NCBI GenBank assembly: GCA_035527075.1 | Contig: DATLBE010000007.1 | Location: 463-64,462, forward strand | Length of the DNA: 64,000 bases | Source of the DNA: Nevskiaceae bacterium | GTDB taxonomy: Bacteria; Patescibacteriota; Microgenomatia; PFEM01 | Direction of reading: 5' to 3' | Shown: positions 35,332 to 45,025 of the stretch, in pieces | How the letters are laid out: every line of letters begins with the position of its first letter | Position numbering within the stretch: position 1 is the stretch's first letter | Made by a program: the position numbers and the translations under genes | The notes under the pieces: generated by a model | Database searches by the model: none | Seen by the model: only the letters and a program-made list of their open reading frames with translations | Told to the model about the DNA's origin: nothing

Positions 35332-36570
35332 TTAAGACTTTTTTTGCAACTCAGGGCAAGCAGGACATTGTTGATAAAAGTGACAACCGGTTCGCTTGCA
35401 ACCGACCTTTTTTCCTGCCAATATCAGCAAAACCCGTTCCATGTGTTTTAACAAAGAGCCCTTAAGATAAAGCAAATCGCTTTTTTTAAGTAATTTTTTC
35501 AAGACAGTGGCGACTTCACTGACATTTTTAACCCAAAAAACCCGATTTTTTTCCATACCGCTTTCGACTGCCTGTTGAGCCGTAAATTTCTGTAAAGGAC
35601 CTACAGAAACTAAATAATCAATCTTCAAATTCGCTACCTTTTTTCCCACTGCTTGATGGCTTTTTTTGGCCAAAACGCCCAGTTCGCCCATTTCACCCAA
35701 AACTGCAATGCGGCGCCCCGCCGGCTGGCGGGGCAGGTCAGCCAAAACTTCAAGCCCGGCCATGGTTGAAGCAGGATTGGCTCGCAAGGCATCATTAATT
35801 AAAACCGAGCCCAAAGGTCCTTCTTCAATGCTCAAGCGGCCTTTTAAAGGCTTAAGTTTTGCCAACCCCGTTTTGATTTCTTGCCAACTTAAACCTTCAA
35901 TTACTCCCACCGCAGCCGCCACCAGGCAAGCATAAACAAAATGCTGGCCAATCAAACCAGTTTCAATTTTAAATTCTTTATCGTGATGATGAAGACTAAA
36001 ACTGGTCCCTCTAAAATCAACTTTTATTTTGTCAGCCCAAAAATCGGCTTTTAGTAAACTTCCATACCAATAAATTTTGGCTTTGGTTTTTTTAGCCATT
36101 GGCTGAACGTTTTTGTCATCCCAATTCAAAATCGCCCAGCCATCATCGGGCAACGCCTGAAGAAGTTTAGTTTTTTCTTTAATTACGCCTTTAATGGAGC
36201 CTAAAAGCTCAGGGGCAGAATGAGTCGGATTAATACCAGTCACAACAGCAATTGAAGGTTTGACTAGGCTAAGATGAAAATCCATCTCGTTTGTGTGATC
36301 AACCCCATATTCCAAAACCAGTTTTTGATACCAAGGCCGAAGTTTTAAAAGGGTTATTGGCAGATTGTAAATGGTATCCAAATTTAAATCGGTTTGTAAG
36401 GTTTTGAATTTTTCTGAAAGAACTGTGGCAATTGCCCGTGTCGTATTGGTCTTTCCATAACTGCCGGTAACACCAACTATTGTTACTTGGGGATTTAATT
36501 TAAGCCAAATCTTGGCTAACACCCTTCTTGTCTGATGAAGAGATTTTTTCCACTTTACGGTCTCCGCCAT
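35332..36570 (-). CDS. murF: UDP-MurNAc-tripeptide--D-Ala-D-Ala ligase MurF, with a C-terminal Cys-rich extension
   Basis: Mur ligase P-loop (VGVTGSYGKTNTT) and position between murA and mraY. The C-terminal KKVGCKRTGCHFYQQCPACPEL is a zinc-ribbon-like appendix. Confidence 0.8.
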   Translation of the reverse strand: MAETVKWKKSLHQTRRVLAKIWLKLNPQVTIVGVTGSYGKTNTTRAIATVLSEKFKTLQTDLNLDTIYNLPITLLKLRPWYQKLVLEYGVDHTNEMDFHLSLVKPSIAVVTGINPTHSAPELLGSIKGVIKEKTKLLQALPDDGWAILNWDDKNVQPMAKKTKAKIYWYGSLLKADFWADKIKVDFRGTSFSLHHHDKEFKIETGLIGQHFVYACLVAAAVGVIEGLSWQEIKTGLAKLKPLKGRLSIEEGPLGSVLINDALRANPASTMAGLEVLADLPRQPAGRRIAVLGEMGELGVLAKKSHQAVGKKVANLKIDYLVSVGPLQKFTAQQAVESGMEKNRVFWVKNVSEVATVLKKLLKKSDLLYLKGSLLKHMERVLLILAGKKVGCKRTGCHFYQQCPACPELQKKS

Positions 36571-36632
36571 ACCCTAATTTTACCATTTTTCCAAAGCCAG
36601 CTCAATCAGGCGGTCGAGGAGTTGGGCTATAC

Positions 36633-37892
36633 TTATTCGACTCTCTTGATATCAGCGCCCAGACTTCTTAACCTGCCCTCGATATTTTCATAACCCCGTT
36701 CAATCATCTCAATATTGGCAATTTCACTTTTGCCTTGAGCACATAAGGCAGCCAACACCAAGGCCATGCCGGCGCGAATATCAGGACTTTCCAAATTTTT
36801 ACCTTTTAACTTTGTTGGCCCAGTAACCAAAACCCGATGAGGATCACATAAAGTAATTTTGGCACCCATGGTAATTAATTTATCCACAAAAAACATTCTT
36901 GATTCATACATCCAGTCATGGCAAAGGGTCGTTCCTTCTGCTTGAGTAGCCAAAACAATCAAAGGGCTCATTAAGTCAGTTGGAAACCCTGGCCAAGGCC
37001 GGGTTTGAACTTTCTTGGTTGGTGCCACTAATTTTGAGGGAAAAACTGTCAAAGCACCATCTTTTATTTTGTATTCCACACCCATTCTTTTAAAGTAAAG
37101 AAGAATCATTGGTAAGTCTTTTTCTTTTACGCCAACAATTGATAGCTTGCTTTTAGTGACAGCCCCAATAACAGCAAAAGTGCCAGCATCAATGTAGTCA
37201 GGACCAATTCTGTATTTTGTTCCACGTAAATTCTTTGACCCATAAATTGTAATCCTGTTGGTGCCGGCGCCTTCGATTCTGACGCCCATGTTGGTTAAAA
37301 ACTGAGCTAAATCCTCAACATGAGGTTCACAGGCGGCAGCTTCAATCACCGTTACCCCTGGAATCAAACTAGCCATCATCATTGCGTTTTCAGTGGCGGT
37401 CACCGAAATTTCATCAAGAAAAATATGACCCGGATGAAGTGTTTTAACTTCCGACTCATAATCTTCTTCCCCATTAATTGTTTTTGCCCCTAAAACCTCA
37501 AGAGCATCAAAATGAGTCCCAACCGCCCGGCGACCAATAATACATCCACCAGGGTGTCTAAGCCTAGCCTTACCAAACCGAGCCAACAACGGCCCTAACA
37601 ATAAAATTGAAGCCCTTAATTTTTGAACCAGCTCTGGATTTAAAGAAAATTTGTTTACTCCCTTCGTGTTAATTTTTAATTTATCCGTACCTAAGCCTTC
37701 AATCTCTGCTCCAATGTCTTTAAGAATTTCACCCATCACCAAGACGTCACTAATTTTAGGCACATTTTCCAAAAAACATTCCTGCTGAGTAAGCAAGGTG
37801 GCCGCCATGATAGGTAAAATGGCGTTCTTGTTACCAGAAATTTTAATTTCACCCTTAAGTGTTTTACCACCTTTAATAATAAATTTAGCCAT
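36633..37892 (-). CDS. murA: UDP-N-acetylglucosamine 1-carboxyvinyltransferase MurA
   Basis: KISGNKNAILPIMAA, a catalytic Cys region (RLRHPGGCIIG) and the EPSP-synthase-like fold. Confidence 0.92.
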   Translation of the reverse strand: MAKFIIKGGKTLKGEIKISGNKNAILPIMAATLLTQQECFLENVPKISDVLVMGEILKDIGAEIEGLGTDKLKINTKGVNKFSLNPELVQKLRASILLLGPLLARFGKARLRHPGGCIIGRRAVGTHFDALEVLGAKTINGEEDYESEVKTLHPGHIFLDEISVTATENAMMMASLIPGVTVIEAAACEPHVEDLAQFLTNMGVRIEGAGTNRITIYGSKNLRGTKYRIGPDYIDAGTFAVIGAVTKSKLSIVGVKEKDLPMILLYFKRMGVEYKIKDGALTVFPSKLVAPTKKVQTRPWPGFPTDLMSPLIVLATQAEGTTLCHDWMYESRMFFVDKLITMGAKITLCDPHRVLVTGPTKLKGKNLESPDIRAGMALVLAALCAQGKSEIANIEMIERGYENIEGRLRSLGADIKRVE

Positions 37893-37916
37893 AAAACCTC
37901 CTTTTTAGTTTATAAG

Positions 37917-38813
37917 TTAAATTTTATCAAATCCAAGCAAATAAATCTCCTTTTCAAGTCTAACGCCAAATTTTTTTTGAACCTTAGTTTTGGCCAGTTT
38001 AATTAATTGAAGAACATCTTTGGCCCGAGCTTGACCCAAATTGACAATAAAATTGGCGTGTTGGGGAGAAATTTGGGCATCACCGATTCGTCTTCCCTTC
38101 AAACCACAGCCTTCAATCAACTTGCCGGCTGATAATGGTTTGGGGTTAATAAAAATGCAACCAGCCGAAAGCTCTTTGGGTTGAATCTCCCGTTTTTTCA
38201 AAATTTTTTTGATTTTTTTTGAGATTTCTTTTCTCACTCCCTTTCCTAATTGCAACTCTACTTCTAAAATAATTTCACTAGTTTTTTTAAAACGGCTTTG
38301 GCGATATTTGAATTGGCAATTTTTCTGATTAAGCCATTTAATTTCACCTTTCTCTGTTAAAACGCGCACCTTCAAAACTCTATCGCCAATATTTTGTTGC
38401 CAGGCTCCGGCATTACCTCGGACGGCTCCGCCTAAAGTCCCGGGAATGCCTGCAACAAACTCTAAGCCAAACAAGCCTACTTTGGCCGTTTCTTCAACTA
38501 ATGTTTTTAGCTTCACCCCACCATCAGCAATGATATTTGAATTTCGAAGCTTGAATTCCGAAGTTTGAATTTTTATCACTAAACCTTTAAAGCCTTGGTC
38601 GCTAATCAAAAGATTTGAGCCTTCGCCTAAAATAAAATAAGGGATTTTTAACCTTCTGGCTAATTTTACGGCTTGAATTATCTTGTCAGTCGTGTTTGCT
38701 TCGTAAAACAAATCAGCCGGGCCGCCAATTTTGAAAGTGGTGTGACCAGCCAGCAAAACATCAGCTTTCACTCCCGGCAATTTCTTCGTTAACTCGGTAT
38801 ATTTTTTAATCAT
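37917..38813 (-). CDS. murB: UDP-N-acetylenolpyruvoylglucosamine reductase MurB
   Basis: FAD-binding domain (TFKIGGPADLF...ILGEGSNLL) and a C-terminal MurB domain. Confidence 0.88.
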   Translation of the reverse strand: MIKKYTELTKKLPGVKADVLLAGHTTFKIGGPADLFYEANTTDKIIQAVKLARRLKIPYFILGEGSNLLISDQGFKGLVIKIQTSEFKLRNSNIIADGGVKLKTLVEETAKVGLFGLEFVAGIPGTLGGAVRGNAGAWQQNIGDRVLKVRVLTEKGEIKWLNQKNCQFKYRQSRFKKTSEIILEVELQLGKGVRKEISKKIKKILKKREIQPKELSAGCIFINPKPLSAGKLIEGCGLKGRRIGDAQISPQHANFIVNLGQARAKDVLQLIKLAKTKVQKKFGVRLEKEIYLLGFDKI

Positions 38814-40212
38814 TTTTTAACTTTTCTATTATCATCTTTGAGATCAAATAGGATTTACCAGCGCCAAAAACTATCACCACATCGCCGCTTTCAGCCTGGC
38901 GAGCAAGACCGTCCGCCAGATCCTCAAAATCTTTGATGTATTTGGCTTTGGCGCCAATCTTTTGAACCAAATCTTCGACTCTAATTTTGCCTGTGTCTTT
39001 TTCTCTGCCAGCATAAATTTTGGTGACAATGACTCTATCTGCCAAATTTAAAGAAGAAGCAAAACCATTTAAAAAAAGATGAAGCCGAGAAAACTGATGG
39101 GGCTCAAAAACCGCCCAAATTCTTGACTGGGGATATTTTTGTTTAGCTGCTTTTAAAGTGGCTGCAACGGCTGTTGGGTGAACAGCATAATCATCAAAAA
39201 CTTTCACTCCCTTAGCCTCTCCAATTAAATCAAAACGTCTGCCCAAACCACCAAATTGACTTAAAACCCGGTTGATTTTTTCTGGTTTAATTTTCAAAAA
39301 AATCGCGCAAGCAATGACGCCCAGCGCATTAGCAACATTATGAATACCAGGAATCTTTAATTGAAACTCCTTTCGGCCAAAATCATTCGTCACCGTAAAT
39401 CGGGTGAACTCAGGCTTGATTTCCTTGACTGTGGCTTGATATTCAGTCACAAAAGGAAAAGCAAAGCTTTTGTTTATTAAGTAACCGATTATTTTTACTT
39501 GATTTTTTATCAACCATGGTTTTAATTCTTGTAAAAGTGTCTGAATTCCTTGACTTTCTTCATTAACAATCAATATTTTCGGCTTTTGAACTTTTCGGAC
39601 AAATTTTTTGAAGGCGTCACAAAATTGGCCAAAATCTTTGAAAAATTCAGGATGGTCCATCTCAATATTGTTAATAATGATGATTGAAGGTGAGTAGGAT
39701 AAAAAGTTGTAGTTAAACTCATCAGCTTCACAAACAAAATATTTTGATTTGCCTGCTCTGACCGTTGCTTGCCATTCGGGAACAATGGCACCGACTTCAA
39801 CAATCGGATCTAACCCGCTTGCTTCTAAAACCAAGCCTGTCAGAGCTGTAGTGGTTGATTTGCCGTGAGTGCCGGCAATAGCAATCACAAACTTGTTTTT
39901 TTGTAAGTACTTAGCCATAAACTCTTGCCAGGTCATCAAAATACCTCGTTTTTTGGCTTCGACAATTTCTGGATGGTCAGGATTAACATCCAAAACAGCA
40001 GGAGTGACAGCTAAAATATCAACGCCTTTAAGATGACTGACGTCATGACCAACTAAAGATTTAATGCCGGCTTTGGCAAGTGACTTCAGATAATAAGTGT
40101 CTTTAGCCAAATCACAACCTGTGACTTGAAAGCCTTGATTTTTGGCCAAAATCGCTACTCCCGCTATTCCACTACCACCTATACCCATAAAATGAACGTG
40201 AGTTTTCTTCAT
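38806..40212 (-). CDS. murC: UDP-N-acetylmuramate--L-alanine ligase MurC
   Basis: MurC N-terminus (VHFMGIGGSGIAGVA) and P-loop (IAGTHGKSTTT). Confidence 0.9.
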   Translation of the reverse strand: MKKTHVHFMGIGGSGIAGVAILAKNQGFQVTGCDLAKDTYYLKSLAKAGIKSLVGHDVSHLKGVDILAVTPAVLDVNPDHPEIVEAKKRGILMTWQEFMAKYLQKNKFVIAIAGTHGKSTTTALTGLVLEASGLDPIVEVGAIVPEWQATVRAGKSKYFVCEADEFNYNFLSYSPSIIIINNIEMDHPEFFKDFGQFCDAFKKFVRKVQKPKILIVNEESQGIQTLLQELKPWLIKNQVKIIGYLINKSFAFPFVTEYQATVKEIKPEFTRFTVTNDFGRKEFQLKIPGIHNVANALGVIACAIFLKIKPEKINRVLSQFGGLGRRFDLIGEAKGVKVFDDYAVHPTAVAATLKAAKQKYPQSRIWAVFEPHQFSRLHLFLNGFASSLNLADRVIVTKIYAGREKDTGKIRVEDLVQKIGAKAKYIKDFEDLADGLARQAESGDVVIVFGAGKSYLISKMIIEKLKND

Positions 40213-41435
40213 TTTTTCTTTTTTAATTTTTCTTTTAAAGCTTTTCTGGCTTCTTTGTGGTCACTCCAAGGATATTCAGTTGTCCCAAAACACATCGATT
40301 GCTCGTGGCCCTTGCCGCAAATGACAACAATGTCGCTTTTTTTGGCTAATTTTTGAATAGCAAACTTGATCGCTTCACTTCGATCTGGTATCCGAAAGAA
40401 ATTTTTACCCTCAACACCACCGGCTTTTTGACAACCTCGAGCTATCTGGTTAATGATTTTATCAACGTCTTCTGTTCTTGGATCTTCTGCTGTTAAAACA
40501 CTCACATCAGCTAACCGACTCGCAATTTTACCCATTATTGGTCGTTTCCGAGCATCTCTTAAACCGGCACAACCAAAAACAGCAATTAGTCTGTGATGTT
40601 TTGACTCTCTGAGGGTTTTTAAGACATTTTTTAAACCATTTGAGGTGTGGGCAAAATCCACAATCACTTGAAAATCTTGGCCTTCGTCTATTTTTTCCAT
40701 TCTGCCTTTGACTCCCTTAAAAGCAGTTATTGTCCTTCTAATTTTTTCGGCCGGAATTTCCAATGATGAGGTGGCGGCGATCGCCGCTAAACAATTATAT
40801 TGGTTGTATTCTCCTGGAAGAGAGGTTTTAAATTGAAATTTTTTAGGGTTAAAATCAGCTGTGTTTTTAATTCCGTAGGTGACGAGTTGCGTTTGTTTAT
40901 TTTTTTTGGTTTTGGTTAAAAGAGTTTGGTAAGATCGGTCGTCTCGGTTCAAAACAGCGATTTTTACATTTTCAAAAAGCCTGGCTTTCGCCTGAAGATA
41001 ATTTTGATAAGTGCCATGATAATCAAGATGCTCATGGGTAACATTGGTAATCACTCCCATCAAAAAATTGATGCCAAAAACCCGGTGCTGGTCTAAACCA
41101 TGGGAAGTCACTTCCAAAACAAGATATTCATAATCTTGGTCAGCGATTTTTTTTAAAAAGGCTTGTAATTTCCAAGGATGAGGAGAGGTAACATGGAGGC
41201 CGGCCGAAACTGTCGAGATCAAAGCCACTTTTTTTTCAACCTGAAGCAAAATTTGGTAAATCAAGGTGGCGGTCGTAGTTTTACCGTCAGTTCCAGTGAC
41301 GCCGATAATTTTTAAATGGCGTCCGGGGTAACGATAAGTAAAGGCGGCTAAAAAAGCCACCGGCAGGTGGAAGAAAGAATTGACCATCCAGTTAGGAATC
41401 AAATGACGGATTTTCGACCACCAGTTTTTAAACAT
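40209..41435 (-). CDS. murE: UDP-MurNAc-L-Ala-D-Glu--diamino acid ligase MurE (compact)
   Basis: P-loop IIGVTGTDGKTTT and a Mur ligase central and C-terminal domains. Short N-terminal domain. Confidence 0.8.
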   Translation of the reverse strand: MFKNWWSKIRHLIPNWMVNSFFHLPVAFLAAFTYRYPGRHLKIIGVTGTDGKTTTATLIYQILLQVEKKVALISTVSAGLHVTSPHPWKLQAFLKKIADQDYEYLVLEVTSHGLDQHRVFGINFLMGVITNVTHEHLDYHGTYQNYLQAKARLFENVKIAVLNRDDRSYQTLLTKTKKNKQTQLVTYGIKNTADFNPKKFQFKTSLPGEYNQYNCLAAIAATSSLEIPAEKIRRTITAFKGVKGRMEKIDEGQDFQVIVDFAHTSNGLKNVLKTLRESKHHRLIAVFGCAGLRDARKRPIMGKIASRLADVSVLTAEDPRTEDVDKIINQIARGCQKAGGVEGKNFFRIPDRSEAIKFAIQKLAKKSDIVVICGKGHEQSMCFGTTEYPWSDHKEARKALKEKLKKKK

Positions 41436-41471
41436 CGCTCTAATTATACTTCGCCGTTAGCGTCAAAACCA

Positions 41472-43178
41472 CTATCCAGGTTGGATACCGTAATAGGTGA
41501 AAAGTTCTTTGGCAATGTCAAACCACAAGGGCGCGGCTGTTTCTGATCCCCACGGTGAGGAAGTTGGTTCCCGAAGAGTAACCAGCATGATAAATTTCGG
41601 TTCGTCAGCTGGCGCAAAACCAATAAAAGAAGCAATGGTTTTTTCTTCATCATAATGGCCAGCCACCGGAATTTGAGCTGTCCCGGTTTTGCCTGCAATT
41701 CGAAAGCCTTTGGGTTTTGCCCATTTGGCCTCACCATTCTCAACCGCATTAACCATGATTTCTGTCATTAAGCGCGCCGTCGCCGGATTAATGACTTGCC
41801 TCTCAAACTGAGGTTGAACCCCTATCACTTCTTGATCATAAACCACTTTTTGAACCACATAAGGTTTCATTAAACGGCCTTGGTTAGCAATTGCCCCAAC
41901 CGCTTTCACCATTTGAATCGGGGTGATTGCAACTCCTTGACCAAAAGCGGCTGTGGCTAAATCAATTAATCCCCACTCATTTGCTGGTCGAAGCGGTGGA
42001 GATGTCTCGTCTTCAAGATCAATACCAGCTGGTTGACCTAAACCAAATTTTTTAAGGTAGGCGACCATTTTTTCAATTCCCAACTTTTCAGCCACAAAAA
42101 TCATGCCGATATTATCAGATTTTTGAATCACCTCAACCATTGTTAATTGTGGATGATACTCGTCATTCCAAGTTCGAATAGTGTAGTCAGCAATTCGCCT
42201 GGGACCTGAGCATTGGTCACAGCGCGTCTCTGGTTCCACCACTCCTTCATTTAAAGCCGCCGCCATCACTAAAACTTTAAAAGTCGAGCCGGGCTCATAA
42301 GAAGAAGCCACAACCGGGTTGGGATAAAATTCTTTGTCAAAAGCAAAATACCTGGCTGGGTCATAACCAGGTAAAGAAACGGTGCCTAAAATTGCGCCCG
42401 TGCCCGGTTCGGCCACAACCACTAGACCACTAGCCGCACCATAGCGTTTAAGACTCCGACGAAGCTCTTCCTCAATAATAAATTGAACAGTTCGATCAAT
42501 CGTGGTCACCAAACTGCGACCGTCTTTACCCCCTTCCCCTTTAACCTCGCCCACCAAAATTGGTTTCCCTGAAGCGTCTTTTTCCCGGCGAAGCACACCT
42601 GATCTGCCTTTCAATTCAAGTTCATAGTAACCCTCAAGACCAAAATAGCCCTTGTCTCGACCGTTAATATCCGAACCTACAAAACCAAGTAAATGGGCGG
42701 CCCCCGACCCTTCGGGGTAACTTCTTTTTGGTTCTTCCTCAAAACCGAGACCTTCAATTTGCAAATTTTCCAAAATTTTTTTCGTTTCCCGAGAAAGACG
42801 ATGTTTAAGGGGCACCCAAACCAAATCTTGACGTTTTAACCGGGCTTCAAGCATTTGCTCGGTTTCCAAAAGAAGCTCCTTTTTCGAAACCAAAAAAGGA
42901 GCAATTTGGGCGGCAATTTCCTCAGGCTTGTCTTTTAAATCAGGCAAGGAGGCAAAAGCCAAAAAAGCTTCTTCGTTGGTCACCAAAGGAAAACCATCGC
43001 GAGCCAAAATTTTGCCTCTTCGGGCCGGAATTTCAAACGAAACCCAATGCTGACCTTCAGCGGCAGCTGATAACTCAGGAGAATTTAAAATTTGCCAATA
43101 AAACAATCGGCCAGCCACCAAAAAGCCACTGATTAGAAAAAAACCAAACAAAAGATTGACTCTCGTGTTTAGACTCAC
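41472..43178 (-). CDS. ftsI: Penicillin-binding protein (class B transpeptidase, FtsI/PBP2-like)
   Basis: N-terminal TM, dimerisation domain, and transpeptidase motifs STFK, SDN (KSDNIGM) and KTGT. Confidence 0.9.
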   Translation of the reverse strand: MSLNTRVNLLFGFFLISGFLVAGRLFYWQILNSPELSAAAEGQHWVSFEIPARRGKILARDGFPLVTNEEAFLAFASLPDLKDKPEEIAAQIAPFLVSKKELLLETEQMLEARLKRQDLVWVPLKHRLSRETKKILENLQIEGLGFEEEPKRSYPEGSGAAHLLGFVGSDINGRDKGYFGLEGYYELELKGRSGVLRREKDASGKPILVGEVKGEGGKDGRSLVTTIDRTVQFIIEEELRRSLKRYGAASGLVVVAEPGTGAILGTVSLPGYDPARYFAFDKEFYPNPVVASSYEPGSTFKVLVMAAALNEGVVEPETRCDQCSGPRRIADYTIRTWNDEYHPQLTMVEVIQKSDNIGMIFVAEKLGIEKMVAYLKKFGLGQPAGIDLEDETSPPLRPANEWGLIDLATAAFGQGVAITPIQMVKAVGAIANQGRLMKPYVVQKVVYDQEVIGVQPQFERQVINPATARLMTEIMVNAVENGEAKWAKPKGFRIAGKTGTAQIPVAGHYDEEKTIASFIGFAPADEPKFIMLVTLREPTSSPWGSETAAPLWFDIAKELFTYYGIQPG

Positions 43179-43183
43179 GGTGA

Positions 43184-43495
43184 TTATTTTAGAGCCACGG
43201 GAACCTGTGGAGTAAGATGTAAAACTCGAGTTGTTCTTAAAAAGCCTCCATTTTCCGCTTCCAAAGAAATTTTACTCAAAGAAGAAAGTTTACTTGTTTG
43301 TTCAATTAAAGCTCGATTTTCCTCTTCCAAACGGGCTGTTTCTTGCTCTAACTGACGAATCTCCTCACCAGTGTTAGCTAATTGATGAGAAATTGCCAGT
43401 TGAGTTAAGGCTAAAACCAAAACAAAACTGACAATAATATAAATCAATTTTCGCACCCTAGAAATGTCTGATAATTTTGTTTTATTTTTCATCAA
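43184..43495 (-). CDS. ftsL: FtsL/DivIC-like septation protein (TM plus coiled coil)
   Basis: 103 aa with a single TM followed by a leucine-zipper-like coiled coil. Position between rsmH and ftsI. Confidence 0.5.
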   Translation of the reverse strand: MMKNKTKLSDISRVRKLIYIIVSFVLVLALTQLAISHQLANTGEEIRQLEQETARLEEENRALIEQTSKLSSLSKISLEAENGGFLRTTRVLHLTPQVPVALK

Positions 43496-44372
43496 TTTTC
43501 TCTCCTGCTCTTAACTTAGCACTGCGGCTGCGAGGATTTTTCCCAACTTCTTCTTGTGTTGGCCTGACCGGTTTTTTGGTCAAAATTCGCAGCTCGCCGG
43601 CCTCGTCTTTTTTTCGAAAAAATTGTTTGACAATTCTGTCCTCGCCTGAATGAAAACTAATCACTACCAATCTGCCGCCCAACTTTAACAAGTCTAAAGC
43701 CTGAGGCAAAGCATTTTTTAAATTGTTCAGCTCATCATTAACCGCTATCCGCAAAGCCTGAAAGCAACGCGTGGCCGGATGCAGACGGATAAACCCTCTT
43801 TTTGATCTCACCTTAGCAATAATCTCGGCCAGCTCGTTGCTGGCTTTAATTGGCTTTAATCGACGGGCGCGGCAAATAGCCTCAGCAATGCGCCGAGAAT
43901 AGTGCTCCTGACCCAATTTAGAAAAAAGCTCATCCAACTCTCCTTTATTTAAACCATTCACCAAATCTGCCGCGGTCACCGAAAGGCTAGGATCCATTCT
44001 CATGTCCAAAGGGCCTTCAAGTTTAAAAGAAAACCCTCGTTTGGGAGTCTCCAGCTGATAAGTAGAAACCCCAAGGTCAAAAAGAATCCCAGCGACGCCG
44101 GTATATTTGTTTTTCTCGGCAATTTTTTTTAAATGAACAAAATTTCCCTGGACAAGCCGCCAGGAAGTAGGGCAGGCAGTGGGTAAACACCTCCCGGCGG
44201 CCTTGATTGCCTCAGGGTCACAATCGATACCTAAAATTTTTCCACCTAAGCTTAAAATCTGCTGCGCGTGTCCTCCGCCACCAATGGTGGCGTCAATGTA
44301 TTTCTCCCCTCGAATAACTTTCAAATAATTAATAATTTCTTTTAAAAGTACTGGCTTATGAAACCTTGCCAT
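43482..44372 (-). CDS. rsmH: 16S rRNA (cytosine1402-N4)-methyltransferase RsmH (MraW)
   Basis: HKPVLLKEIINYL start, SAM motif DATIGGGGHA and dcw position. Confidence 0.92.
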   Translation of the reverse strand: MARFHKPVLLKEIINYLKVIRGEKYIDATIGGGGHAQQILSLGGKILGIDCDPEAIKAAGRCLPTACPTSWRLVQGNFVHLKKIAEKNKYTGVAGILFDLGVSTYQLETPKRGFSFKLEGPLDMRMDPSLSVTAADLVNGLNKGELDELFSKLGQEHYSRRIAEAICRARRLKPIKASNELAEIIAKVRSKRGFIRLHPATRCFQALRIAVNDELNNLKNALPQALDLLKLGGRLVVISFHSGEDRIVKQFFRKKDEAGELRILTKKPVRPTQEEVGKNPRSRSAKLRAGEKIDEK

Positions 44373-44503
44373 TAGCCTTGACTCCTGTCCTTACCCCCTT
44401 TTTTTCTTTTCCGTTTTTATTTGTTTCCTCCACCAACCGTTCGAGCCTTTGCCTCATCAGTTTGCCATTGAGTCGGATCACTTTAACTACCTCCTTTTAA
44501 AAA

Positions 44504-44908
44504 TTAAATATTTTCTTTGGCAATTTTATTAGAGTAAGTCTCCCAAACTGTCTTATTCCAAATCTCGAAATGATCGCCCGCGCCAATCAGGGTCAATTTA
44601 TCCGTAACACCAGCATATTTCATCATTGCCTCAGGAACTACAAATCTTCCTTGTGAGTCTAAAGTCACTCTTTCGGCATTTGTACAAAGTTTTCTGCGAA
44701 GCATTCGTCCTTGCCCATCGGAAATTGGTCGGGAAAGATCAGCGGCGGTAACCTGCTCCCATTTTTCTTCTTCGAAACCAAAAATACAATCTTCCATTCC
44801 AACAGATAAAATAAGTTGATTGCCTTTTATTTCTCTTCTCAATTTGCTGGGTAAGGCTAGCCTGTTTTTGTCAATTAGGGTTGGTTGGTAAGTTCCCAAA
44901 AGCATCAA
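44504..44908 (-). CDS. mraZ: Transcriptional regulator MraZ
   Basis: Tandem MraZ/SpoVT-AbrB-like halves (DKNRLALP ... DSQGRFVVP). The likely true start is the ATG at 44905. Confidence 0.85.
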   Translation of the reverse strand: MMLLGTYQPTLIDKNRLALPSKLRREIKGNQLILSVGMEDCIFGFEEEKWEQVTAADLSRPISDGQGRMLRRKLCTNAERVTLDSQGRFVVPEAMMKYAGVTDKLTLIGAGDHFEIWNKTVWETYSNKIAKENI

Positions 44909-44914
44909 AATTCT

Positions 44915-44976
44915 CCTTTTTATACCATTTTATTCCATTTTCACCCATTTTGAACCAATTTGATATTGCTTGTCAA
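44915..44976 (-). promoter_or_regulatory. mraZ promoter (TTGACA-N18-CAAAAT) with three 10-bp-phased direct repeats (CCATTTT on the plus strand), putative MraZ operator
   Basis: -35 at 44976-44971, -10 at 44952-44947. CCATTTT occurs at 44925-44931, 44935-44941 and 44945-44951 at an exact 10-bp period, overlapping the -10 and 5'UTR. SD AAGGAG at 44920-44915. Confidence 0.45.
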
Positions 44977-45025
44977 GAGGCAAAAAAAGATAAACAAAAC
45001 TACAAAATTAGCTTAGAAAAAGAAA

